Part shown: one piece after another, positions 33,684 to 42,016 of the stretch
How positions within the stretch are numbered: position 1 is the stretch's first letter
Layout: each line of letters begins with the position of its first letter
Program-made: the position numbers and the translations under genes
Source of the DNA: a virus
Lineage: Duplodnaviria; Caudoviricetes
Virus record (IMG/VR): IMGVR_UViG_3300022917_000002
Span: 1 to 57,023 of that record
DNA length: 57,023 bases
Reading direction: 5' to 3' (one strand)
The notes under the pieces: generated by a model
Databases searched by the model: none
Told to the model about the DNA's origin: nothing
The model's input: the letters and a program-made list of their open reading frames with translations, nothing else

Positions 33684-34114
33684 ACATCGACTGGATCAGC
33701 CACCCCGTGTGGCTGATCGTCAACGGCCTGGTGGCGTTCCGGCTCGCCCGGCTCGTCGTCGATGACGCCCTACCGCCGCTGCCCCGTGTCCGCGCGGCCC
33801 TCGTCGCCTGGGCCGAACGCCGTGCCGCCCGCGAGATCGCCGAGGCGCGCAGAGCCGACCAGGCCGCGCACGGCAAGCCGGCACTGGTCGACGGAGAGCC
33901 GAGGATCGGGCCGCACGAGCAGGCCGTCTACGATCGGCGCCAGCCCTACGACGGCGAGCCGTCGCTGGTCACGCTCATCTCCTGCTACTGGTGCGCCGGG
34001 TTCTGGACCTCGGTCGCCACCGTCGCGGGCGCCAGCCTCCTGCCCACCACAGTGTGGTCGCTCATCGCGGCCCCGCTCGCCCTCTCCGCCATCGTGGGCC
34101 TCGCCGCACGCTGA
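33680..34114 (+). CDS. DUF1360-like membrane protein
   Basis: FRLARLVVDD...LISCYWCAGFW. Confidence 0.75.
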   Translation: MNIDWISHPVWLIVNGLVAFRLARLVVDDALPPLPRVRAALVAWAERRAAREIAEARRADQAAHGKPALVDGEPRIGPHEQAVYDRRQPYDGEPSLVTLISCYWCAGFWTSVATVAGASLLPTTVWSLIAAPLALSAIVGLAAR

Positions 34115-34130
34115 CCGTAGGAGTCACCCC

Positions 34131-36836
34131 ATGCCGCTGTTTGGCCGCGCTCAGCCGAACGAGTACCAGGAGCGCGTGCTGCGCGTCGCCGAGAGTCTGG
34201 AGCGCGTCCACCACGCCCGCAGCAACCCCCGCGTGCTACGGGCCTCCGGCATGCGCATCGAGCCCATGAGCGCGGAGCGGCTGCGCGCGGTCGCCGGCAA
34301 CCGGCAGTCCTGGCAGTCCCTGGCCTGGGCATACCGAGACATGATCATCGAACTCCGGTACGCCTTCCAGTTCCGGGCCCGCGCCATCTCCCGCGTCAAG
34401 TTCTACGTCGCCGAAATCCTGGAGGACGACGACGAGCCCATCGCCGTGTCGATGCGCCACGACGAGGACGCAGACAGGCGCAAGCGCGTCACCGTGCCCG
34501 AGCAGCTCGCCGCCGCCGCCGAGGCCGAGCTGGCCCGCCTGCCCCTCGACAGCTACGAGTTCACCGGCGTCTGGTCGGAGAACTTCGACGTGGCCGGGGA
34601 CTGCTGGATGCACGGATCGATCGACCCCTACACCGAGGAAGAGGTGTGGAAGATCCGGTCGGTGATGGATGTCGACGTGGCCGGCACCCGCATGACCGTC
34701 AAGGACGAGCTCGGCCAGCCTCGCGCGATCAACCTCGACTCCGAGGAGCTGTACCGGCTGTGGATGCCGCACGCCGCGCACGGCCACCTCGCGGACTCGG
34801 CCCTCAACGCGGGCGCCGACGTGCTCGAAGAGATCACCCTGTTGGGTCGCGAGCTGCGGGCCGCGAGCCGCTCCCGCGTCGCCGCGAACGGCATCCTGTT
34901 CGTCCCCGAGTCGATGACCCAGATGCGCGCCACCGGCGAGGACGACGACACGGCCGGCAGTCGCCGCGACCGGTTCATGGCCGACCTGGCCGCCACCCTG
35001 CTGGCCCCGATCGCCAACGAAGGGGACGCGGGCGCCGTGGTGCCCGCCATCATCACCGGCACCATCGAGGACATTCAAGCCATCCGGCACCTGCGTCTGG
35101 AGCGGGAGGACTCGCCCACCCTGCTCGCCAAGCTCGACAAGGCCATGTCGCGCATGGCCAACGGCCTAGACATCCCCCCGGAGATCCTCACCGGCATGGC
35201 GGACGTGAACCACTGGACGGCGTGGCAGATCGACAACGCCACGTTCCGGCACCACCTGGAGCCCTCCATCCGGATCATGGCCGACAGCCTCACCGCCGCC
35301 TACCTGCGGCCCGCCCTGGCCAAGGGCGCGTTCCCGGCCAGCGAGGCCAAGCGCCTGCGGATCTGGTACGACGCGGGCAGCATCACCGAGAACCCGAACC
35401 GGCGACAGGACGCCCTCGACGCCCTCGACCGCATCCTGATCGGCCCGGCCGCCGGCCGCGAGGCCCTCGGGTTCAACGACGGCGACGCCCCCACCCCCGA
35501 GGAAGCGCTACAGCTGATCGCCGCCAAGAACGGCATCGACACCGGTGCGGCGACCGCCATCCTCGCTGGATTCGCGAAGGCCGAGGGCGCCGAGGTGCCG
35601 CAGCTCCCGGCCGCACAGGAGTCGCGGCAGCTGCCGGCCGCCCGTCCGGACGAGCCGGCCGCCGAGCCGGACGCCCCCGGCGGCACCGGCGCCCCGTCGA
35701 CCGCCCCGCCGGGCATCGCCGCCTCGGCGACCCCCGCCGCGCTGGTCGCCTCCAGCAAGCCGGCGTTCCGCTCCCTGCTGGACGACAGTCGCGAGCTGGC
35801 CGACATCGACGCCACCGTCCGCGACCTCATCCTCAGCGACGTGGACCAGGCGCTGCGCCGAGCACTGGAGCGCGCCGGCTCGCGCCTGCGATCCAAGGCC
35901 ACCCGTGACATGGAGCTGCACGCCCAGCTACGCGCCTACCCGGTGCAGACCTGGCCGCAGCGCCTCGGCCCCGAACAGTGCCTCAAGCTGGACGCCAGCG
36001 CCCGGCACCTGATCGCGGGCGCCTGGGAGTCCGTCTCCCGCAAGTTCGCCGAGCGGGTCAACGACGGCATCCGCAAGGTGGTGGCACGCGTGCTGCGCAT
36101 GCTGGGCCTGAAGGCGGACACCACGGCCGGGGCGGCCGCCGCCGCGCGCGTGCGGTCCGCGATGGAGTCCCGCGTGGACGAGGCGTGGTCCACGCTGGAG
36201 ACCTCCCTGGACGCGCACCTGGAGAAGGTGATGTTCGGGGGGCTGGACGAGACCGCCGACGGCGAGGCCCCCGAGGTCGATGTGCCGCCCGGCCTGGTGC
36301 GGGACGCGCTCGCGTTCGTGGGCGGCATGCCGGAGACCTCGGCCGGCATGCACAACGGCCGCTCCCTCACCGGTGAGCCGGTGGGCGGCCTGGGCAACGG
36401 CACCGCCGTCGTCGGCGAACTCACCAACGCAGGCGCCGTGCACCTCGGGTTCGAGTGGCGCTACGGCTACATGCCGCGCTCCACGTTCGAGCCGCACCTG
36501 GCCCTGGACGGCGAGCGGTTCGACTCGTGGACCGATCCGGTGCTGGGTGTGCGGGAGAGTGATCGGTGGCTGCGCGCCAGCCACTACCACCCGGGCGACC
36601 ACGCGGGCTGCCTGTGCACCTACTTCAGCGTGTACGCGCTGCCCACCGGCGGCCCGGTTGACGACATCGTGGCGGCCCGGCTCGCCATGCCGCCCTCGGC
36701 CGCGATGGCGGACTTGATCCGGCTGGCGGACATGGACGACCAGGCGGGCCGCAGCGGCACGACGGCGCAGCAGCAACGCGACCAGTACCTTGCCGTGCGC
36801 GGCCTGAAGAGGGATTTCCTGGAGGGTGGATCGTGA
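34131..36836 (+). CDS. Portal protein fused to MuF-like head morphogenesis domain
   Basis: WQSLAW.Y, RMANGLDIPPEILTG..NHWTAWQI; C-terminal HPGDHAGCLC. Confidence 0.85.
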   Translation: MPLFGRAQPNEYQERVLRVAESLERVHHARSNPRVLRASGMRIEPMSAERLRAVAGNRQSWQSLAWAYRDMIIELRYAFQFRARAISRVKFYVAEILEDDDEPIAVSMRHDEDADRRKRVTVPEQLAAAAEAELARLPLDSYEFTGVWSENFDVAGDCWMHGSIDPYTEEEVWKIRSVMDVDVAGTRMTVKDELGQPRAINLDSEELYRLWMPHAAHGHLADSALNAGADVLEEITLLGRELRAASRSRVAANGILFVPESMTQMRATGEDDDTAGSRRDRFMADLAATLLAPIANEGDAGAVVPAIITGTIEDIQAIRHLRLEREDSPTLLAKLDKAMSRMANGLDIPPEILTGMADVNHWTAWQIDNATFRHHLEPSIRIMADSLTAAYLRPALAKGAFPASEAKRLRIWYDAGSITENPNRRQDALDALDRILIGPAAGREALGFNDGDAPTPEEALQLIAAKNGIDTGAATAILAGFAKAEGAEVPQLPAAQESRQLPAARPDEPAAEPDAPGGTGAPSTAPPGIAASATPAALVASSKPAFRSLLDDSRELADIDATVRDLILSDVDQALRRALERAGSRLRSKATRDMELHAQLRAYPVQTWPQRLGPEQCLKLDASARHLIAGAWESVSRKFAERVNDGIRKVVARVLRMLGLKADTTAGAAAAARVRSAMESRVDEAWSTLETSLDAHLEKVMFGGLDETADGEAPEVDVPPGLVRDALAFVGGMPETSAGMHNGRSLTGEPVGGLGNGTAVVGELTNAGAVHLGFEWRYGYMPRSTFEPHLALDGERFDSWTDPVLGVRESDRWLRASHYHPGDHAGCLCTYFSVYALPTGGPVDDIVAARLAMPPSAAMADLIRLADMDDQAGRSGTTAQQQRDQYLAVRGLKRDFLEGGS

Positions 36837-37186
36837 GCGAGGAGTTCGTTGCGCGGCCTGAGCCGCTGCGCGGGTATCGGGAGCTGACCGACGAGGAGCG
36901 CGAGCTGGTCGACGCCATCAAGGTGGCGGAGCAGGCGGTGGGGCAGGTGTGGGCGCGAGCCAAGCGCACCCTGGGCACCGATGCGCGGATGCACGCGCAC
37001 AGCCGCACCGTGTTGCAGGACGGTTTCATGTGGCTGGAGCGTTCGGTGACCCGGCCACGCGATGTGTTCACCGCCGCACTGTCCACTCTAGACGGCCCCG
37101 AGGGCCCGCCCGGAACGTCCTCTGTAGAACCAAACTCCGCTCAACCAAGCCAAGATCACCGTCCGGATAAGGAGGGCCCCCGATGA
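36833..37186 (+). CDS. acb2: Acb2-like cyclic-oligonucleotide sponge
   Basis: GYRELTDEERELVDAIK...R......TVLQDGFMWLERSVTRP matches the Acb2 pattern GYRDLSQEE..MN.VK...T.IQTG.M..IRAIAQP. Confidence 0.75.
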   Translation: MSEEFVARPEPLRGYRELTDEERELVDAIKVAEQAVGQVWARAKRTLGTDARMHAHSRTVLQDGFMWLERSVTRPRDVFTAALSTLDGPEGPPGTSSVEPNSAQPSQDHRPDKEGPR

Positions 37187-39774
37187 GCGCGCCCGTCATC
37201 GACCCCACCGCCAGCACCGAGGGCATCCCCGAGAACGCCGTGCCCATCCGCCTGCCGGTCATGGTGATCGAGGGCATGGAGACCTCCGACCACCGCTACA
37301 TCGAGCCCGGCACCCTCACCACCCGCACCCTGCCCATCCCGCTCTACGCCGCGACCCGCTCCACCCACGGCGCCGACGGCGACGCGGCCACCTGGCACGT
37401 CGGGGCCATCACCCACGCCGAGCGCGTGCCCGGCCCGCAGGTGGTCGACATGGACGGCAACGCCCTGCCGGAGGGCACCTTCGCCTGGCAGGGAACCGGC
37501 TGGATGTACACCGACGTGCCCGCCGCCCCCGCGAAGTCGGCCTACCAGCTGGTCAAGGACAAGGCGCTGCGCGGCAACAGCGTCGACATGACCGAGGTGG
37601 TGGCCGAATACCAGGACGCGGCCGGGCAGCTCGCCGACGAGGGCACCTACGTCCGCATCTCCATGCAGTCCGGCGTCATCGCCGCCACCACCCTCGTGGG
37701 CATCCCGGCCTTCGCCGGCGCCTACATCGAGCTGGACGGCCAGGCCATGGCGGCCGCCGAGCACGCCGACACCCTGACCGCCGCCGCGTGGCCGTCCTGG
37801 CGCTCCCTCGACCTCGGCGACGAGTGCTCGCCGTGTGCCGCCGGGGACGACGACATCGTGGGCGAGCTGCGTGCCCTGGCGGCCGCGATCGGCGACGACT
37901 TCGACCCGCCCGAGAACGACTACTCCACCAGCGGCATGGTGGCGCTCATCCCGGCGAACCCGAACATGCTGCTCGTGCCCGGCGGCGACCCGGCCGAGGA
38001 GCTGCACCTGACGCTGGCCTACCTCGGCGATGAGGTGGACACGTGGGGCCCCGAGCAGGTGTCGGCCGTGCACCGCATCGCCCTGGAGACCACCGACCAG
38101 GCCGCCATGATCGAGCGCTACCGCCGCGAGGCGACGGAGCGCGGCGACAAGACCCCCGATCCGGCCAGCGACTACGGGCGCTCCCCCGCGCAGGAGGGGC
38201 CCCTGGACGCCAGCATCTTTGCGCACGCCGTGTTCAACCCGGCCGACAACCCGGCAACCGTGTACCTGCTCGACGGGGGCGGCCAGCGCGAGGCGATCGA
38301 GTGGCTGCACAACGACATCGTGGGCGCACTGCGCAACGCCCTCGGCAACACCATCCTGCCCGAGCAGCACAGCCCGTTCGTGCCGCACGTGACGGCCGGC
38401 TACGGCGTGCCGGTCGACCAGCTCACCTACACCGGCCCCATCACCTTCGACCGCCTGCGTGTCGCGATCGGTGACGACGTGGTGGACTACCCGCTGGGTG
38501 GCGGGGATGTCGCGCTGGTGGCCTCGGTCGAGTCCCTGCCGCCCGCCAGCATCTTCACCAACCCCAACCTGCCGGGCCCCACCCCGCACACCGTGGAGGA
38601 GACCGGGGCGCCGTGGGGCGACATCGTGTACGGCCACCTGGCCGCGTGGGAGACCTGCCACACCGGCATGGCGGGGCGCTGCGTCACCCCGCCCCGGTCG
38701 GCCACCGGCTACGCCTATTTCATGGTCCACGCCACCCGGGCACAGGACGCTGACGGCAACCCGGTCACCGTGCCTGTCGGGTACGGCACCATCTCGCGCG
38801 GCCCCGGGCAGGGTGGGCACGCCGGCCTGAGCCTGTCCGCGCAGGAGACCGCCGCCCACTACGACAACACGTGCACGGCCGCGTTCGAGATCGCCGTCGG
38901 GGAAGACGACTACGGCATCTGGTACGCGGGCCGGCTGCTCCCCGGGCTCGACGAGCAGACCCGCCACAAGGCGTTCGGGGCCGTGTTCTCCGGCGACTGG
39001 CGGCCGGTGCGCGGCAACCGCGAGCTGATGGCCGCACTGGCCGTGAACACCCCCGGGTTCCCGGTGGTGCGCGCCCTGGTCGCCTCCGGCCAGCCGGGTG
39101 CCCTGGTCGCGGCCGGCGCCGTGCCGCAGCGCGAGACGGCGCCCGAGGAGCCGGTCAGCGAGACGGCGGAGCTGCTCGCCTGGGTGCGAGAGCAGAAGCT
39201 GGCGGCCACCAGGGCAGCGCGCGTCGAGGAGCTGGAGCACCTTCTGGCGGGCGTCGAGCTGGTCGGCGCGGCGGACCGGCTGGCGGAGGCCGAGGTGGAG
39301 TTGCTGCTCCAGCTCGACGGCGACCACCCGTGGTTCGCCGACGGCGCACAGGTGGCCGGCTGGGAGGGCTCCGTGGGGCCGCTCACCGAGGGCGGCTACG
39401 TCGAGCCGCACGTGTACGCGCGTGACGTGCACTCCGGTGCCGGCAACTGCGTGTGCGGGTCGGCCCTCGGTGACCAGCTGCACGTACAGGCCGCGCCTGG
39501 GGTGCCGGTTCCGGACTCGATGCGGGCCGCGCTCACGGCGGCCGGACGCAAGGTGCTGCACCTGCCGCCCTACATCAAGCGCATCTCGAAGCACCTGCGA
39601 GAGAAGGGGATGGCGCAGGGCCGTGCCATCGCCACGGCGGTGAACGCGGCCAAGAAGATGTGCGCCACCGGCGACCTCAACTTTCCCGGGTCCCAGCAGG
39701 TCAACCCGGGCAGTCGCGCCGAGGCGTGCGCGGCTGTCGCCCAGTGGAAGAAGGACCGGCCCGGGGCGCGGTAG
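37183..39774 (+). CDS. Capsid maturation protease, multidomain, with internal 2H phosphoesterase
   Basis: EGMETSDHR...LPIPL...H...GAI; HLT and HVT 2H motifs; GHLAAWETCH domain. Confidence 0.8.
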   Translation: MSAPVIDPTASTEGIPENAVPIRLPVMVIEGMETSDHRYIEPGTLTTRTLPIPLYAATRSTHGADGDAATWHVGAITHAERVPGPQVVDMDGNALPEGTFAWQGTGWMYTDVPAAPAKSAYQLVKDKALRGNSVDMTEVVAEYQDAAGQLADEGTYVRISMQSGVIAATTLVGIPAFAGAYIELDGQAMAAAEHADTLTAAAWPSWRSLDLGDECSPCAAGDDDIVGELRALAAAIGDDFDPPENDYSTSGMVALIPANPNMLLVPGGDPAEELHLTLAYLGDEVDTWGPEQVSAVHRIALETTDQAAMIERYRREATERGDKTPDPASDYGRSPAQEGPLDASIFAHAVFNPADNPATVYLLDGGGQREAIEWLHNDIVGALRNALGNTILPEQHSPFVPHVTAGYGVPVDQLTYTGPITFDRLRVAIGDDVVDYPLGGGDVALVASVESLPPASIFTNPNLPGPTPHTVEETGAPWGDIVYGHLAAWETCHTGMAGRCVTPPRSATGYAYFMVHATRAQDADGNPVTVPVGYGTISRGPGQGGHAGLSLSAQETAAHYDNTCTAAFEIAVGEDDYGIWYAGRLLPGLDEQTRHKAFGAVFSGDWRPVRGNRELMAALAVNTPGFPVVRALVASGQPGALVAAGAVPQRETAPEEPVSETAELLAWVREQKLAATRAARVEELEHLLAGVELVGAADRLAEAEVELLLQLDGDHPWFADGAQVAGWEGSVGPLTEGGYVEPHVYARDVHSGAGNCVCGSALGDQLHVQAAPGVPVPDSMRAALTAAGRKVLHLPPYIKRISKHLREKGMAQGRAIATAVNAAKKMCATGDLNFPGSQQVNPGSRAEACAAVAQWKKDRPGAR

Positions 39775-39810
39775 AGTGTCCTCGGGTTCGTTCTGCATGA
39801 GGTAGGGGAA

Positions 39811-39864
39811 GGCCCCCGACCGGAGCACCCCAACGACTGTGATTCGTTGGTCCGGTCGGGGGCC
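39811..39864. terminator. Long hairpin between convergent genes
   Basis: GGCCCCCGACCGGA/TCCGGTCGGGGGCC. Confidence 0.7.
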
Positions 39865-39880
39865 GACTGCTGTCACCTCC

Positions 39881-40099
39881 CTACGGGGTCCCGCCGCACA
39901 GCGGACCCACCGCGCCGTTGCATGGCGGCCCGTTCACATGGGTGTGCTCTTGGTAGCGGCACTTCTGTCCGCCCTCCCTGTTGAAGCAGGCCCCCGGTAT
40001 CGAGTAGTCGTGCGTGTGCTCCGTCTGCGTGCACACGCGCGTGATGCTGTAGCAGCTGCTCGCGTGGTGGCTCTTGCCGGTCGTTGGGCAGTAGCTCAT
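39881..40099 (-). CDS. Cys/His-rich microprotein
   Basis: Repeated C...EHTH....C. Confidence 0.6.
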   Translation of the reverse strand: MSYCPTTGKSHHASSCYSITRVCTQTEHTHDYSIPGACFNREGGQKCRYQEHTHVNGPPCNGAVGPLCGGTP

Positions 40100-40254
40100 G
40101 ACGACCTGTCCAGCGCGGCGCAGAGGTCGCAGGATGAGCCCACCTGCACCGAGTGCCCCCGCCCGCAGGGGACGCGCTGCGGCGGGGCGGGGGCCGGCGT
40201 CTGTGGCCGGTCGTCCTCGTCCCGGGTGCCGTCCGCCCTGTGCTTACCGCCCAC
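40096..40254 (-). CDS. Zn-finger microprotein
   Basis: MGGKHR...CGRGH......CDLC; GGAGG RBS. Confidence 0.6.
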   Translation of the reverse strand: MGGKHRADGTRDEDDRPQTPAPAPPQRVPCGRGHSVQVGSSCDLCAALDRSS

Positions 40255-40378
40255 TGCTGTCCTCCTGCTCGTCTTGCTTCCTGCGCAGGGCCTCCTGCGC
40301 CCGCGCTGTCGCGGCCTGAACGTGCTGGGCGTGCTGCTCCTGGAGCAGCCGCTTTAGGGTCTCCTCGTCGCTCTCGAT
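40244..40378 (-). CDS. Charged helical microprotein (apparent ATC start)
   Basis: ESDEETLKRLLQEQ...; in-frame stop just upstream, no NTG start. Confidence 0.4.
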   Translation of the reverse strand: MESDEETLKRLLQEQHAQHVQAATARAQEALRRKQDEQEDSSGR

Positions 40379-40388
40379 CGCCTCTCAC

Positions 40389-40517
40389 CTACCCTTTCCT
40401 GTCGCGTTCCTTGTCACGCCGCAGTAGCTCCGCGACGCGCTCGCGCTCGACGCGCAAGGCCTCTTCCTCGGCGGCCCGCACCTCCTCGGGTGTCGGGCCG
40501 CCCGGCTCGCCAGCCAT
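40389..40517 (-). CDS. Charged helical microprotein
   Basis: MAGEPGGPTPEEVRAAEEEALRVERER; GAGG RBS. Confidence 0.6.
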   Translation of the reverse strand: MAGEPGGPTPEEVRAAEEEALRVERERVAELLRRDKERDRKG

Positions 40518-40519
40518 CC

Positions 40520-40927
40520 CTACCTCGTGATCGCCGTGTACCCCTCACCGTCGAGCGCGGCGCCGACAGCGGTCCGCACCACGCGCTCCACGTCCCGCAG
40601 CGCCTGGTTGTAGCCGTCGTCGTAGGCGCGGCCCGTCGTGCCGGGCGCGTTCAGCATCGGTGCGGGCCGGAGCGCGCGGACGGAACGGGCCAGGTTCACC
40701 ACGGCCCGGTGCTGAACCACCACGAAGTCGAGGGCCTCTGCGGCGGTCTCGAAGACCGCGATGGTACGGGTGGCCAGGTAGCTGCCGGCCCACGCGGTGG
40801 CGTGCATCTGGCTGTAGTAGCCGACCTTCACACCGTTGGCGTGGACCTCTTTGAGCTCGGGGTCGTGGGGGGCGGGGGAGGTGGTGAAGTCAAGGGGCTC
40901 GTGCGGGGTGATGGTCGCGATGCTCAC
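40520..40927 (-). CDS. Hypothetical protein
   Basis: Follows conserved leader; AYDDGYNQAL. Confidence 0.7.
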   Translation of the reverse strand: MSIATITPHEPLDFTTSPAPHDPELKEVHANGVKVGYYSQMHATAWAGSYLATRTIAVFETAAEALDFVVVQHRAVVNLARSVRALRPAPMLNAPGTTGRAYDDGYNQALRDVERVVRTAVGAALDGEGYTAITR

Positions 40928-41007
40928 GGGGGTCCTTCCCTCGGTGGGGTTGTTCCTGACACCACGAACCCTACCGGTTGACACCCACGTGCGCAAGGGG
41001 TTACTTT
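40928..41007. promoter_or_regulatory. Overlapping divergent promoters sharing an operator
   Basis: Plus strand TTGACA-N18-TACTTT; minus strand TTGCGC-N17-TAGGGT with GTCAGGAACAACCCC..GGGAAGGACC leader. Confidence 0.85.
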
Positions 41008-41038
41008 GGTGTCAGTCCGAACGACCGAGGAGAGGAAA

Positions 41039-41302
41039 ATGCGCCGCATCCGTCGCGCCGCCCGCTGGTGCTGGCCCCAGCGAGGCGCCCGCTACCAGGG
41101 CGAAACCGCGTTCAAGTACAACGCCATCGGGTTCCTGCTGCGTGCCGGCGTGTACCTGGCGATCGGGTTCGTCGCCTTCGGTGTCTGGTACAGCGCCACC
41201 ATGGCCGACCGGCAGCGCGACGAGCACGGCAACCTGAAGGCCACCTACTCGCAGTGGTGCGACTGGCTGACCACGGCGAGCGACGACACCTGTTACCGGT
41301 AG
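41039..41302 (+). CDS. Membrane protein
   Basis: Single TM; GAGG RBS. Confidence 0.6.
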   Translation: MRRIRRAARWCWPQRGARYQGETAFKYNAIGFLLRAGVYLAIGFVAFGVWYSATMADRQRDEHGNLKATYSQWCDWLTTASDDTCYR

Positions 41303-41308
41303 GAGCCC

Positions 41309-41608
41309 ATGCAGATACCCACCAAAGACACCACGGCGTGCGTGGCCTGCGGCGAGCCGATCGTGTTCGCCCGCGAGACCGGCAGAATCCGCAAGGGCAA
41401 GCCCGCCATCGTCGCCCTCGACCCGGTCCCCGCCAGCGCGGGCAAATGGGTCATGGGCGACCAGGGCGACGAGTACTTCGCCGGCAAGGTCCGGTCCAAC
41501 CAGGCCGCCGGAATGCGGGCGGCCGGCGTCCAGCTGCACACCGCCCACAACGACACGTGCGCCAAGAAGGACGAGTACATCCGCAAGAAGCGCTCGTGGA
41601 ACCAGTAG
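41309..41608 (+). CDS. Zn-binding hypothetical protein
   Basis: CVACGEPIVFA...LDP.P...H.AH..TC. Confidence 0.75.
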   Translation: MQIPTKDTTACVACGEPIVFARETGRIRKGKPAIVALDPVPASAGKWVMGDQGDEYFAGKVRSNQAAGMRAAGVQLHTAHNDTCAKKDEYIRKKRSWNQ

Positions 41609-41622
41609 CCGAGGAGAAACCC

Positions 41623-41802
41623 GTGCCCCGCAACCCCGTAGGCGAGTTCAACACCCGAGGCCAGGGCAAGTGTCCGCACTGCTCCGACTGGAAACCGGAG
41701 GCGTGGATCGATTCGCACACTCAGTCCTGTCCCCAGAACCCCGAGAACAAGCCAGCTACAGGTAACGATTCGGCAACGACACCGGACAACGCGAAGGGGT
41801 AG
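41623..41802 (+). CDS. C2HC Zn-finger microprotein
   Basis: CPHC.........H...CP.NP. Confidence 0.6.
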   Translation: MPRNPVGEFNTRGQGKCPHCSDWKPEAWIDSHTQSCPQNPENKPATGNDSATTPDNAKG

Positions 41803-41824
41803 CACCCCGCCAGCACTACAACCA

Positions 41825-41861
41825 CGAGGCGCCCCCGGCATCTCCCGCCGGGGGCGCCTCG
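41825..41861 (+). terminator. GC hairpin
   Basis: CGAGGCGCCCCCGGC/GCCGGGGGCGCCTCG. Confidence 0.65.
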
Positions 41862-42016
41862 CCATGCAATACCGTGCAAGACCCACATAGACCCCCGGTC
41901 ACCTCGATAGTCTCGCGGCAACGGAGACAAACACCCGAGCAGCGCAGGCCCAGCCTCCCGCCGCTCGCCGGCCCAGCCGGTCAACGCTCCGCCCCACAGA
42001 CGAGAGGACCGAGAGC

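Noticed and set aside
33762-34130. N-terminal extension of the portal as in the ORF track
   Set aside because: Overlaps the DUF1360-like gene; AGGAG RBS supports ATG 34131
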